From Bacteroidota bacterium (GTDB lineage: Bacteria > Bacteroidota > Bacteroidia > Flavobacteriales_D > Crocinitomicaceae): 41,957 nt of DNA. Of this stretch, positions 8,673 to 16,444 are shown piece by piece. The stretch lies in NCBI GenBank assembly GCA_041183245.1, contig JBEGMB010000307.1:1-41957 (forward strand). Reading direction: 5' to 3'. The notes under the pieces are model-generated. The model was not told the DNA's origin. It searched no databases and saw only the letters and a program-made list of their open reading frames with translations. The stretch's first letter is position 1; every line of letters begins with the position of its first letter. A program made the translations under genes and the position numbers.

Positions 8673-9902
8673 TTAGTTCATTTTTGCTTTCAATCCGCGA
8701 TCCAAGGCATCTAAAAACTCTTCCGTATATACGTAGTGTTCACCATGATTCACTTTATTTCCGTGTACGCATACCGCCAAATCCTTGGTCATAATGCCAG
8801 ATTCAACCGTTTCAATACAAACACGCTCTAAGGTCGTGCAGAAATCAATTAACTCCTGATTTCCATCTAATTTTCCGCGGAAAGCCAATCCGCGTGTCCA
8901 TGCAAAAATTGAAGCAATTGGATTCGTGGATGTTTTCTTGCCCGCTTGATGATCTCTAAAATGGCGGGTTACTGTTCCGTGCGCAGCCTCCGCTTCCATA
9001 ATCTCACCGTCTGGCGTCACTAAAACAGAGGTCATTAAACCAAGTGACCCGAAACCTTGTGCTACTGAATCTGACTGAACATCACCGTCATAATTCTTAC
9101 ATGCCCAAACAAAATTACCATTCCATTTCAAGGCAGAAGCCACCATGTCATCAATTAAGCGATGCTCATATACAATGCCTGCTGCTTCATATGCCGATTT
9201 AAATTCAACTTGATAAATTTCTTCGAAAATATCTTTAAAGCGTCCGTCGTATTTCTTCAAAATAGTATTCTTTGTAGAAAGGTACAATGGCCATTTCTTA
9301 CTTAGGGCCATATTAAAACAACTTCGTGCAAACCCGCGAATAGAATCATCGGTATTATACATGGCCAAACCAACACCGTCACCTTTAAAGTTATAAACTT
9401 CAAATTCCTGTACTTCACCCCCATCTTCTGGTGTAAAGGTCATTGTGAGTTTTCCTTTGCCTTTAAACACGGCGTCTGTTGCGCGGTATTGATCACCAAA
9501 CGCATGACGACCAACAATAATTGGTGCAGTCCAATTGGTAACCAAGCGCGGGACATTTTGCATAACGATAGGCTCTCTGAATACCGTACCATCTAGGATA
9601 TTACGTATGGTTCCGTTCGGAGATTTCCACATCGACTTTAAATTAAACTCTTTAACGCGCGCTTCATCCGGTGTTATTGTTGCGCATTTAATACCAACTT
9701 GGTATTTCTTAATTGCTTCAGCAGCATCAATTGTAATTTGATCGTTGGTTTCGTCACGTTTTTCGATTCCTAAATCATAATACTTAATATCGACATCCAA
9801 ATAGGGAAGGATCAGTTTATCTTTTATAAATTTCCAGATGATACGGGTCATTTCATCTCCATCCAGCTCAACTACAGGATTCGCTACGTTTATTTTTGAC
9901 AT
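8673..9902 (-). CDS. icd: NADP-dependent isocitrate dehydrogenase (eukaryote-like subfamily II, ~410 aa)
   Basis: 409 aa. Diagnostic strings include the N-terminus [39 protein letters not shown] and NYDGDVQSD. Confidence 0.95.
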   Translation of the reverse strand: MSKINVANPVVELDGDEMTRIIWKFIKDKLILPYLDVDIKYYDLGIEKRDETNDQITIDAAEAIKKYQVGIKCATITPDEARVKEFNLKSMWKSPNGTIRNILDGTVFREPIVMQNVPRLVTNWTAPIIVGRHAFGDQYRATDAVFKGKGKLTMTFTPEDGGEVQEFEVYNFKGDGVGLAMYNTDDSIRGFARSCFNMALSKKWPLYLSTKNTILKKYDGRFKDIFEEIYQVEFKSAYEAAGIVYEHRLIDDMVASALKWNGNFVWACKNYDGDVQSDSVAQGFGSLGLMTSVLVTPDGEIMEAEAAHGTVTRHFRDHQAGKKTSTNPIASIFAWTRGLAFRGKLDGNQELIDFCTTLERVCIETVESGIMTKDLAVCVHGNKVNHGEHYVYTEEFLDALDRGLKAKMN

Positions 9903-9941
9903 GGTGTTTATTTTGTTGTAAAGTTAGCAATAGTTGCCCAA

Positions 9942-11339
9942 TTAACCCATGGAACCAATCATCTTAGAAGGGTCTACATAGATATCATATTCTTCCGGTG
10001 TTACATGGCCTAAGGAAACGGCAGCATCCTTAAGGGTAGTCCCATTCTTATGTGCATATTTCGCGATCTCAGCAGCTTTATAGTACCCGATTTTTGTATT
10101 TAACGCCGTTACAAGCATTAGCGAGTTATTCAGATGCTTTTTGATTTCTGGTAAGTTAGGTTCAATTCCTACGGCACATTTGTCTGCGAACGAAACGCAC
10201 GCATCTCCTATTAATCGCGCGGATTGTAACACATTGGCTGCGATCACGGGCTTAAATACATTCAATTCAAAATGACCATTGGAACCCCCTATTGAAACCG
10301 TTACATCATTTCCAATTACTTGGGCACAAACCATGGTTAATGCTTCAGGTTGGGTAGGATTTACTTTGCCTGGCATGATAGAAGATCCTGGTTCATTATC
10401 AGGAATAATAAGTTCTCCAATACCACAGCGTGGACCAGATGACAACATTCGAATATCATTGGCAATTTTCATTAAAGCAACCGCCGATCGTTTTAATGCA
10501 CCGGACAACTCAACCATGGCGTCATGGGCTGCTAAGGCCTCAAATTTGTTTTTTGCCGTAACAAACGGCAGGCCTGTAAATTCAGCGATTTTTTTAGCGA
10601 CTAATACATCATAGCCAGCAGGGGTATTCAATCCAGTACCCACAGCTGTTCCACCAAGAGCAAGTTCTGAAACAGCTTCCAATGCATTATTGATGCATCG
10701 AATGGAATAATCAATTTGTGCTACATACCCGCTAAATTCTTGGCCAAGGGTTAAGGGGGTTGCATCCATAAAATGGGTTCTTCCTGTTTTAACGATATCC
10801 TTAAATGCAATCGCTTTTTGATCTAACACATCTCGTAAATGTTTCATGCCTGGGAGTGTGATTTCTACCGTTTGCTTATAAGCGGCAATATGCATTGCAG
10901 TAGGATACGTGTCATTTGACGATTGTGATTTGTTCACATCGTCGTTTGGATTAAGCGCTTTGGTTTCATCGAGTAATGAGCCCCCAGTTAGCACATGCCC
11001 TCGATTAGCAATCACTTCATTGCAATTCATATTCGATTGAGTTCCAGAACCTGTCTGCCAAATAACCAAAGGAAATTCACCGTCATGCATTCCTGTTAGC
11101 ATTTCATCACACACCGCCCCTATCAAGTCTCGTTTTTCGATTGCTAAGACACCTAACTCATGGTTAGCGAAAGCTGCTGCCTTTTTTAAATAAGCAAACG
11201 CATAAATTATCTCTTTCGGCATCGAACCTTCTGGTCCGATTTTAAAGTTATTTCGGGAGCGTTCAGTTTGAGCTCCCCAATATTTGGAAGCAGGAACGTG
11301 TACCTCTCCCATGGTGTCTTTTTCAATTCTAAATTCCAT
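9942..11339 (-). CDS. fumC: class II fumarate hydratase
   Basis: 465 aa. Carries the fumarate-lyase signature [13 protein letters not shown] and the N-terminus [23 protein letters not shown]. Confidence 0.95.
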   Translation of the reverse strand: MEFRIEKDTMGEVHVPASKYWGAQTERSRNNFKIGPEGSMPKEIIYAFAYLKKAAAFANHELGVLAIEKRDLIGAVCDEMLTGMHDGEFPLVIWQTGSGTQSNMNCNEVIANRGHVLTGGSLLDETKALNPNDDVNKSQSSNDTYPTAMHIAAYKQTVEITLPGMKHLRDVLDQKAIAFKDIVKTGRTHFMDATPLTLGQEFSGYVAQIDYSIRCINNALEAVSELALGGTAVGTGLNTPAGYDVLVAKKIAEFTGLPFVTAKNKFEALAAHDAMVELSGALKRSAVALMKIANDIRMLSSGPRCGIGELIIPDNEPGSSIMPGKVNPTQPEALTMVCAQVIGNDVTVSIGGSNGHFELNVFKPVIAANVLQSARLIGDACVSFADKCAVGIEPNLPEIKKHLNNSLMLVTALNTKIGYYKAAEIAKYAHKNGTTLKDAAVSLGHVTPEEYDIYVDPSKMIGSMG

Positions 11340-11386
11340 TGGGTTTGTTTTTGTAACTAATTATTGTTTACCTTTGTAATCGAACA

Positions 11387-11394
11387 CAAATTTA
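11387..11394 (-). promoter_or_regulatory. -7 box TAAATTTG upstream of fumC
   Basis: The reverse complement of 11387-11394 is TAAATTTG (TAnnTTTG). It lies about 48 nt upstream of the fumC ATG at 11339. Confidence 0.35.
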
Positions 11395-11398
11395 CAAG

Positions 11399-11554
11399 AT
11401 GATAAGCACTTTTGGTATTGTTTTATTCCTTTTAATTTTCGGAATGGCATTTTGGTTGTTATTATTCCTATTAGGATTTATCGTTCCTTTTTGGATAACT
11501 ATTGATATTTTTGAGCGCCTACGTCCGAAGCGGATTTTAGACGACAAAAAATAA
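11399..11554 (+). CDS. small hydrophobic membrane protein (51 aa), unannotated in the ORF track
   Basis: My own translation gives MISTFGIVLFLLIFGMAFWLLLFLLGFIVPFWITIDIFERLRPKRILDDKK, with an ATG start and TAA stop. A strong terminator follows 4 nt later. The composition is typical of a membrane helix plus a basic tail. Confidence 0.45.
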   Translation: MISTFGIVLFLLIFGMAFWLLLFLLGFIVPFWITIDIFERLRPKRILDDKK

Positions 11555-11557
11555 TAC

Positions 11558-11580
11558 AAGCCCGAAAGGGCTTTTTTTTT
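11558..11580 (+). terminator. rho-independent terminator
   Basis: Stem AAGCCC / GGGCTT with a GAAA loop, followed by a run of nine T. Confidence 0.7.
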
Positions 11581-11639
11581 GTCCTAACTATTAGGGGGTG
11601 ATTTAAAAGTCAATCGAAATAATCTACAGAAAACTGCTA

Positions 11640-12962
11640 CTATTTCCGCTTTTTCTTGGGCTTACCATATTTTTCTTGCATGGCTTTTTTATGGTTGTAC
11701 CGCACATTAACCTTTTTGTTTTTAGCTTTTTTCTCGTGAAAAGAGGCCCCTTTATTTTCGCGGCTAGGCAATTTGAGCGCTTTACCAGGAATCGCAACGA
11801 CCGGTTTCTCGAATTCTAATAATTCCGTTGTATAGGCCACCTGTTTTGGCGTCTTTTCAAACACTAAGTCTTGTTGCATAAGGACTTGGATCGATTCGAG
11901 TGCTGAATCGTCTTTTTCAGTAATGAACGTTATTGCTATTCCGTTTTTATCCGCTCTTCCGGTTCGACCAATCCGGTGAATGTAGTTTTCAGGATTTTCA
12001 GGTATATCGAAATTAATTACATGGGTCACATCCGTAACATCGATACCTCGAGCAATCAAATCTGTTGCAATTAAAACGCGCGTTGCGCCAGTTTGAAAAC
12101 GTTGAACGGCTTCAAACCTAAAATTTTGTGCTTTATTGGAATGAATCACCCCTATTGAATCGGAGAATTCCTCATTGATCTCCTCAAACAAGGTATCTGC
12201 TAAGGAGCGAGAGGAAACAAAAACTAAAATTTTGGAGTCTACTTCGAACGTTTTTAATAAATGCCGCAGCAAGGAGACTTTAGAAAGAAAATTTGGAACG
12301 CGGTACGCTGATTGATGAATTTTATCAATCGGGGAGCCTGCGCGTGCGGCTTCTACTCGGACAGGGGAAATGAGATAATCTTCTAAAAAAAGTTCCACTT
12401 CTTCAGACAAGGTTGCTGAAAAAACAAGGTGTTGCCTTTTGGCAGGTAAAAACTCAAAAAGATTTAAAAGCTGTGTCCTGAACCCTAAACTTAATGTTTC
12501 ATCCACCTCATCAATGACTACTTTTTTGATGTGTTTCAATTTCAAGGAGCCACTTAACGCTAAATCCAGAATCCTACCTGGGGTACCAACAAGCACATCA
12601 AGTCCATTCAAAACCATTACGGCTTGCGTATTCATATTCGCCCCGCCATAAACGCCTCCAACAACCACATTCATATAGGTTGTTAACTTTTCCACTTCTC
12701 TAACCACCTGAGCAACCAATTCTCGTGTAGGCACAATAATTAATATTTGAGGATGCGTATCTTTAGAAAACTCCCACATGCACAAACAAGGAAGCAAATA
12801 AGCCAAGGTTTTTCCTGTTCCTGTTTGCGCAATTCCAATAGTATCAGCGCCCGACATCATCACCTTGAATCCATTGGCTTGGATGGTAGTTGGCGTATGA
12901 TAACCTAACTCATCTAAAGCATTCCAAAGGGGTTTCTTTAAATTCAAATCGCGAAATGTCAT
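11640..12962 (-). CDS. DEAD-box ATP-dependent RNA helicase
   Basis: 440 aa. Has a Q-motif region, motif I AQTGTGKT, motif II VIDEVD (a DEVD variant), SAT, HRIGRTGRA and a lysine-rich C-terminal tail. Confidence 0.9.
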   Translation of the reverse strand: MTFRDLNLKKPLWNALDELGYHTPTTIQANGFKVMMSGADTIGIAQTGTGKTLAYLLPCLCMWEFSKDTHPQILIIVPTRELVAQVVREVEKLTTYMNVVVGGVYGGANMNTQAVMVLNGLDVLVGTPGRILDLALSGSLKLKHIKKVVIDEVDETLSLGFRTQLLNLFEFLPAKRQHLVFSATLSEEVELFLEDYLISPVRVEAARAGSPIDKIHQSAYRVPNFLSKVSLLRHLLKTFEVDSKILVFVSSRSLADTLFEEINEEFSDSIGVIHSNKAQNFRFEAVQRFQTGATRVLIATDLIARGIDVTDVTHVINFDIPENPENYIHRIGRTGRADKNGIAITFITEKDDSALESIQVLMQQDLVFEKTPKQVAYTTELLEFEKPVVAIPGKALKLPSRENKGASFHEKKAKNKKVNVRYNHKKAMQEKYGKPKKKRK

Positions 12963-12978
12963 AGCGTAATTTTTTATG

Positions 12979-12986
12979 CAAAGCTA
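12979..12986 (-). promoter_or_regulatory. -7 box TAGCTTTG upstream of the helicase gene
   Basis: The reverse complement is TAGCTTTG (TAnnTTTG). It lies 17 nt upstream of the ATG at 12962. Confidence 0.4.
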
Positions 12987-13112
12987 AGTAGACATTATTG
13001 AAAGTCTAGCATTTAATTTTATAGAAAACAAAGGGCTTGCTTATATTAAGTTTTTTTACCCTGGAAGGATTACGCTAACGCGTTTTCCAAAAATTGGTTC
13101 AATCCAAGCATA

Positions 13113-13140
13113 GAAACCCTGATGGCTGCATCAGGGTTTC
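13113..13140. other. 12-bp perfect hairpin abutting the duplicated tRNA 3' fragment
   Basis: GAAACCCTGATG - GCTG - CATCAGGGTTTC. The flanking sequence is T-rich on the plus side (CTTTT) but lacks a clean T-run on the minus side. Confidence 0.5.
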
Positions 13141-13162
13141 CTTTTGTGACCCCGGAGGGATT
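13140..13162. repeat. 23-nt direct repeat copy of the tRNA-Arg 3' end plus trailer
   Basis: CCTTTTGTGACCCCGGAGGGATT is identical to 13312-13334, which covers the tRNA T-arm/acceptor 3' strand plus 7 nt of trailer. Confidence 0.9.
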
Positions 13163-13281
13163 ATTTCATGAACCGATCGCATTGATCTCGAACAAGCATA
13201 GCGCCCGTCAATGCGCGCATTGCCTTAGCTTTTTTATTTCACGTTGCTCACAGAAACGCTGTTTCTGACACCCCGAAAAAG

Positions 13282-13310
13282 AAAAAAGCCCGCTTCAAAA
13301 TGAAGCGGGC
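13282..13310 (-). terminator. rho-independent terminator directly after tRNA-Arg
   Basis: On the minus strand, the stem GCCCGCTTCA / TGAAGCGGGC (10 bp, 3-nt loop) is followed by TTTTTT. Confidence 0.7.
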
Positions 13311-13318
13311 GCCTTTTG

Positions 13319-13392
13319 TGACCCCGGAGGGATTCTAACCCCCAACCCTCAGAGCCGAAATCTGATGCGCTATACAGTTGCGCCACGGAGCC
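13319..13392 (-). tRNA. tRNA-Arg (anticodon UCG), no encoded CCA
   Basis: Manual cloverleaf of 74 nt: GGCTCCG TG GCGC AACTGTATA GCGC A TCAGA TTTCGGC TCTGA GGGTT GGGGG TTAGAAT CCCTC CGGGGTC A. All four stems pair (two G-U pairs in the acceptor stem, one in the T stem). U33, G37, U8/A14, A21, T54/A58 and the Arg identity elements A20, C35 and G36 are present. Unusually, the D-loop lacks the GG dinucleotide and the T-loop reads TTAGAAT. Confidence 0.8.
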
Positions 13393-13430
13393 AGTTTTGG
13401 CAAGTGAGCAACTGAAATACCCAATAGGGA

Positions 13431-13448
13431 CAGTTGCGCCACGGAGCC
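13431..13448 (-). repeat. truncated copy of tRNA-Arg nt 1-18
   Basis: The reverse complement GGCTCCGTGGCGCAACTG is identical to 13375-13392. Confidence 0.9.
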
Positions 13449-13495
13449 TTGTTACTCGTGATGTTGCCTGTCCGCCGAAACGGAGTAAAGGAGAA

Positions 13496-13507
13496 CGCCA
13501 CGGAGCC
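13496..13507 (-). repeat. truncated copy of tRNA-Arg nt 1-12
   Basis: The reverse complement GGCTCCGTGGCG is identical to 13381-13392. Confidence 0.85.
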
Positions 13508-13516
13508 TTAAGGGTG

Positions 13517-13548
13517 CAAAGATAAGACATCTCAGCCATCTAGCCAAA
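13517..13548 (-). promoter_or_regulatory. Bacteroidetes-type promoter (-33 TTTG / -7 TATCTTTG) for the tRNA-Arg transcript
   Basis: On the minus strand, TTTG (13548-13545) is followed after 20 nt by TATCTTTG (13524-13517). The -7 box ends 9 nt before the first GGCTCCGTGGCG copy. Confidence 0.45.
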
Positions 13549-13612
13549 GAAGTGCTTTCATCTTGCCCGTGAATTATTTATCTTTATGCAATAAATTGAA
13601 CTATTCATTGGC

Positions 13613-16444
13613 ATGAAACTAAAACTACTTACCGTTGCTCTCCTGTTTTGTGGCGTATTATTCTCTCAAAACTGGCAGTTTTTTATAGATTCTATTCCAA
13701 CCCTATCATCACCGAGAGCTTGTGATCTTACCAATGACGGGATCAAAGACATTGTGTTTGGCGGAGGAACGGATGGAGTCTATAGCAACAATGGAATTAT
13801 GGCAGTAAACGGTGCCAACGGTGCCCTATTGTGGAAACGAGCTACGCGTAATGAGGTATTTGGAAGCGCCGTGTTTCAAGACATAACGAACGACGGAATA
13901 AAAGACGTGTTCATGGTAGGCCGTCAGGCGCAGTTGTTAGCCATAAATGGTGCCAACGGAACCTTATTGTGGGACTTCTTTCCTTACAACAACATCAATC
14001 CGGCCGATAGCGGACTATATAATTTCTACAACCCACAATTCATTGCCGATGTGAGTGGTGATGGATTGATGGACTTGTTGGTTGCGAATGGAGGAGATCA
14101 TGCCGCGCCCGTTTGGGACACCACTCGTCCTCCAGGCCACCTCATGGTTGTAAACGCTTTAAATGGACATGTAATTGCCAAGGCTGTTGTGCCTGACAGT
14201 GCAGAAACCTACTGTTCTCCCCTGGTGGCAGACATTCAAGGAAATGGCGTACAATGGGTGCTTTACGGCACCGGAGGGGAAACTCTTGGTGGAAGTTTTT
14301 GGGCTTGTCCACTGAGTGATTTGTTAAACAACACCTTGGCCCCTTCCATTCAGCTTGCGCACGACCCAAATCTAGGGTTCGTTGCCCCTGCTTCGATTTA
14401 CAAAACGAATAATAACCAATACAATATTTTCATCCAATCGTACAGTGGAAAGCTCATTAAAATTAAAGGAAGCAACCTAAGCGCCCACTGGAGCTACCAA
14501 TTGCCAAACACAGAATCAAGTGCAGAACCCGTAATCGGAAATTTTACCGGAAACAACAGCCCCGACGTATTTCTGTCATTGGCCAAAGGTCAAAGTTCAG
14601 GATATACAGACTATTATCAAGTGCTCCTCGATGGCGCCACAGGTAATGTAGTAATGAAAGACAGCATTGGACACCTTCAGTTTGCTTCCGGGAACGCTAT
14701 TGATTTAAACAATGACGGAAGAGATGAAGCAATACTTGCTGTTAATTATATGGAAAATGGTTTTTGGAAACACCGTTTGCAATCGTTTGATTTTGTCAAT
14801 AACACCATACAAGAAATTGTCCCTGTTCACGCGGGAACGAATATTGGGTCAACCCCCTTGTTTACCAACCTCGACAATGATAATACGATAGATTTGGTCT
14901 ACTTGGTGAAAAAAGACAGCTTAAATGTCATGGGGTGGAAAGGTGTTTATGCGTTTAGAACTGAATTAACCAGCACTTATCCAAATGCAGGATTAGCTTG
15001 GGGAAGTTACCTTGGGACCTTGAATAATGGTGAATATCACAACACGTCCATAGATTGCGGAGTTGGTAGTATTCTTTCTGGGGTAACGGTTACTCAACCT
15101 TGGTGCAATGGCACAGCGAGTGGGGCTATCATTCCAAGTGCAACCCTAGGAACAGGGCCTTATACCTACCTTTGGTCGAACGGGAGTTCTGCACCACAAC
15201 TTAACAATCTTGCCGCTGGAACCTATGTGCTTCAAGTAACAGATGCGGCGGGATGCTATGAAAACTATACCGCCTATTTAACGGATCCATATGCTATTTC
15301 CTTTGGAGGAATTTATCCACCAACCTGTCCGGGTGGTACAAATGGACAAGCAATTGTAAACAGTTCCGGATGTCCTTGCATGTTTAGTACCTGTGTGTTT
15401 TTGTGGGAAAATGGCGTTACAACAAAGCCGAACAATGCCTTAGCAGAGGGCTGGGCAACAATCACAATCACGCACCCCAATGGCTGCGTGGTAGTGGATT
15501 CTGTACTCGTTCCTAATGCTGCGCCGATAATAAGTCAGGCCGTCATAAACGATGTTACGTGTCATGGGAATAATGATGGGATGATTCATGTGTATCCGGG
15601 CGGTCCTGCGCCTGTAAGTTATTCATGGAGCAATGGATCAACAAGTGATTCACTTGGTTCGTTGAGTCCCGGAACCTACGTATTAACTGTATCCGATGCA
15701 AGGCCATGCTATGATACCTTGTCCTATACAATAAATGAGCCTCAACTCTTGGGCCTTACTACCCAAGTAACACCTCCGAGTTGTTGGAATAGTCAGGATG
15801 GGCAGCTTAATTTACTTGCAACTGGCGGCGTAGGTGGATATACCTATACTTCAAATGGGGTAGGAAGTTCAGCCATAATTCAGGGATTATCTGCTGGTAG
15901 TTATTCACTCGTGGTAAGCGACAGCAACAACTGCTCAAGCACTCCTCAAATCGTTCAGATACAAGCGCCAAGTATGATGAATATATCATTTACCATAAAC
16001 CCTGAATCTTCGCCAAATGCCCTCGATGGTATGGCTACAGCCCACGTTACTGGTGGAACTGCTCCCTATACGTTTTTATGGTCAGACCCGAACCAGCAGA
16101 GTGACAGCTTGGCTGTTTATTTAACACAAGGTTGGTACAACGTTACCGTTACAGACGCTAACGGATGTGAAATAAGCGATAGTGTTTACATGGGTATATT
16201 AGAAAATGGTGAAATGAAGTTGACTGATTTATGGATTTACCCAGTACCTGCCAGTCAATGGATTCATATCAATCAGCCCGTAGAACATTGGGCAATTTAT
16301 GATGCTGCAGGAAGAGCATTAGCTTTTGGCAAATCGAATGAAATTGACGTATATGAGCTACCAGATGCCGTATACCTCATAGATTGCTATGTTCAAGGGG
16401 AATTGTATCGACTTAGATTTATTAAATCTGGATTTGGAGAATAA
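13613..16444 (+). CDS. T9SS-secreted FG-GAP/VCBS beta-propeller protein with SprB-type repeats
   Basis: 943 aa with a signal peptide. It has about seven DxNxDGxxD-type FG-GAP blades (e.g. CDLTNDGIKDIVFGGG, ADVSGDGLMDLLVANGGD). Five to six Cys-containing repeats follow, of the type C.G...G.I......GG..PYTYLWSNG......L..L..G.Y...VTD..GC. The C-terminus is a type A sorting domain (LWIYPVPASQWIHIN...YRLRFIK). Confidence 0.85.
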   Translation: MKLKLLTVALLFCGVLFSQNWQFFIDSIPTLSSPRACDLTNDGIKDIVFGGGTDGVYSNNGIMAVNGANGALLWKRATRNEVFGSAVFQDITNDGIKDVFMVGRQAQLLAINGANGTLLWDFFPYNNINPADSGLYNFYNPQFIADVSGDGLMDLLVANGGDHAAPVWDTTRPPGHLMVVNALNGHVIAKAVVPDSAETYCSPLVADIQGNGVQWVLYGTGGETLGGSFWACPLSDLLNNTLAPSIQLAHDPNLGFVAPASIYKTNNNQYNIFIQSYSGKLIKIKGSNLSAHWSYQLPNTESSAEPVIGNFTGNNSPDVFLSLAKGQSSGYTDYYQVLLDGATGNVVMKDSIGHLQFASGNAIDLNNDGRDEAILAVNYMENGFWKHRLQSFDFVNNTIQEIVPVHAGTNIGSTPLFTNLDNDNTIDLVYLVKKDSLNVMGWKGVYAFRTELTSTYPNAGLAWGSYLGTLNNGEYHNTSIDCGVGSILSGVTVTQPWCNGTASGAIIPSATLGTGPYTYLWSNGSSAPQLNNLAAGTYVLQVTDAAGCYENYTAYLTDPYAISFGGIYPPTCPGGTNGQAIVNSSGCPCMFSTCVFLWENGVTTKPNNALAEGWATITITHPNGCVVVDSVLVPNAAPIISQAVINDVTCHGNNDGMIHVYPGGPAPVSYSWSNGSTSDSLGSLSPGTYVLTVSDARPCYDTLSYTINEPQLLGLTTQVTPPSCWNSQDGQLNLLATGGVGGYTYTSNGVGSSAIIQGLSAGSYSLVVSDSNNCSSTPQIVQIQAPSMMNISFTINPESSPNALDGMATAHVTGGTAPYTFLWSDPNQQSDSLAVYLTQGWYNVTVTDANGCEISDSVYMGILENGEMKLTDLWIYPVPASQWIHINQPVEHWAIYDAAGRALAFGKSNEIDVYELPDAVYLIDCYVQGELYRLRFIKSGFGE

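Noticed and set aside
11640-12962. DEAD-box helicase, and also the HflX GTPase (34778-35929) and the ABC ATPase (27883-29751), considered as possible defence-system components
   Set aside because: All three have canonical housekeeping architectures and conserved housekeeping neighbourhoods. None is associated with a nuclease, methylase or other defence partner.
13104-13334. tRNA 3'-end direct repeats, considered as boundaries of an integrated mobile element or genomic island
   Set aside because: The repeats enclose only 149 bp with no ORF, integrase or transposase, and none occurs anywhere in the window. I kept this as a finding (scar or duplication) but did not annotate a mobile_element.
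13375-13507. Three direct repeats of 12-18 nt spaced 56-59 nt apart, considered as a mini CRISPR array
   Set aside because: There are only three copies and their lengths are unequal. The repeat is simply the 5' end of the adjacent tRNA. There are no cas genes, and the spacing units contain tRNA-like remnants.
13234-13539. 101-aa minus-strand ORF in the ORF track (MAEMSYLCTLKAPWRSPLL...)
   Set aside because: It reads straight through the tRNA-Arg gene, its terminator hairpin and the tRNA-fragment repeats. The Arg/Gly/Ser-rich composition reflects GC-rich structured RNA sequence, not coding sequence.
15050-16200. Repeated GG..PYTYLWS modules in the FG-GAP protein (and at 30960-31700 in the CHU_C protein), considered as DNA tandem repeats or phase-variation substrates
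   Set aside because: The repeats are visible at protein level only. The nucleotide sequences of the modules have diverged (different codons and lengths), so slipped-strand or recombinational switching is not supported.
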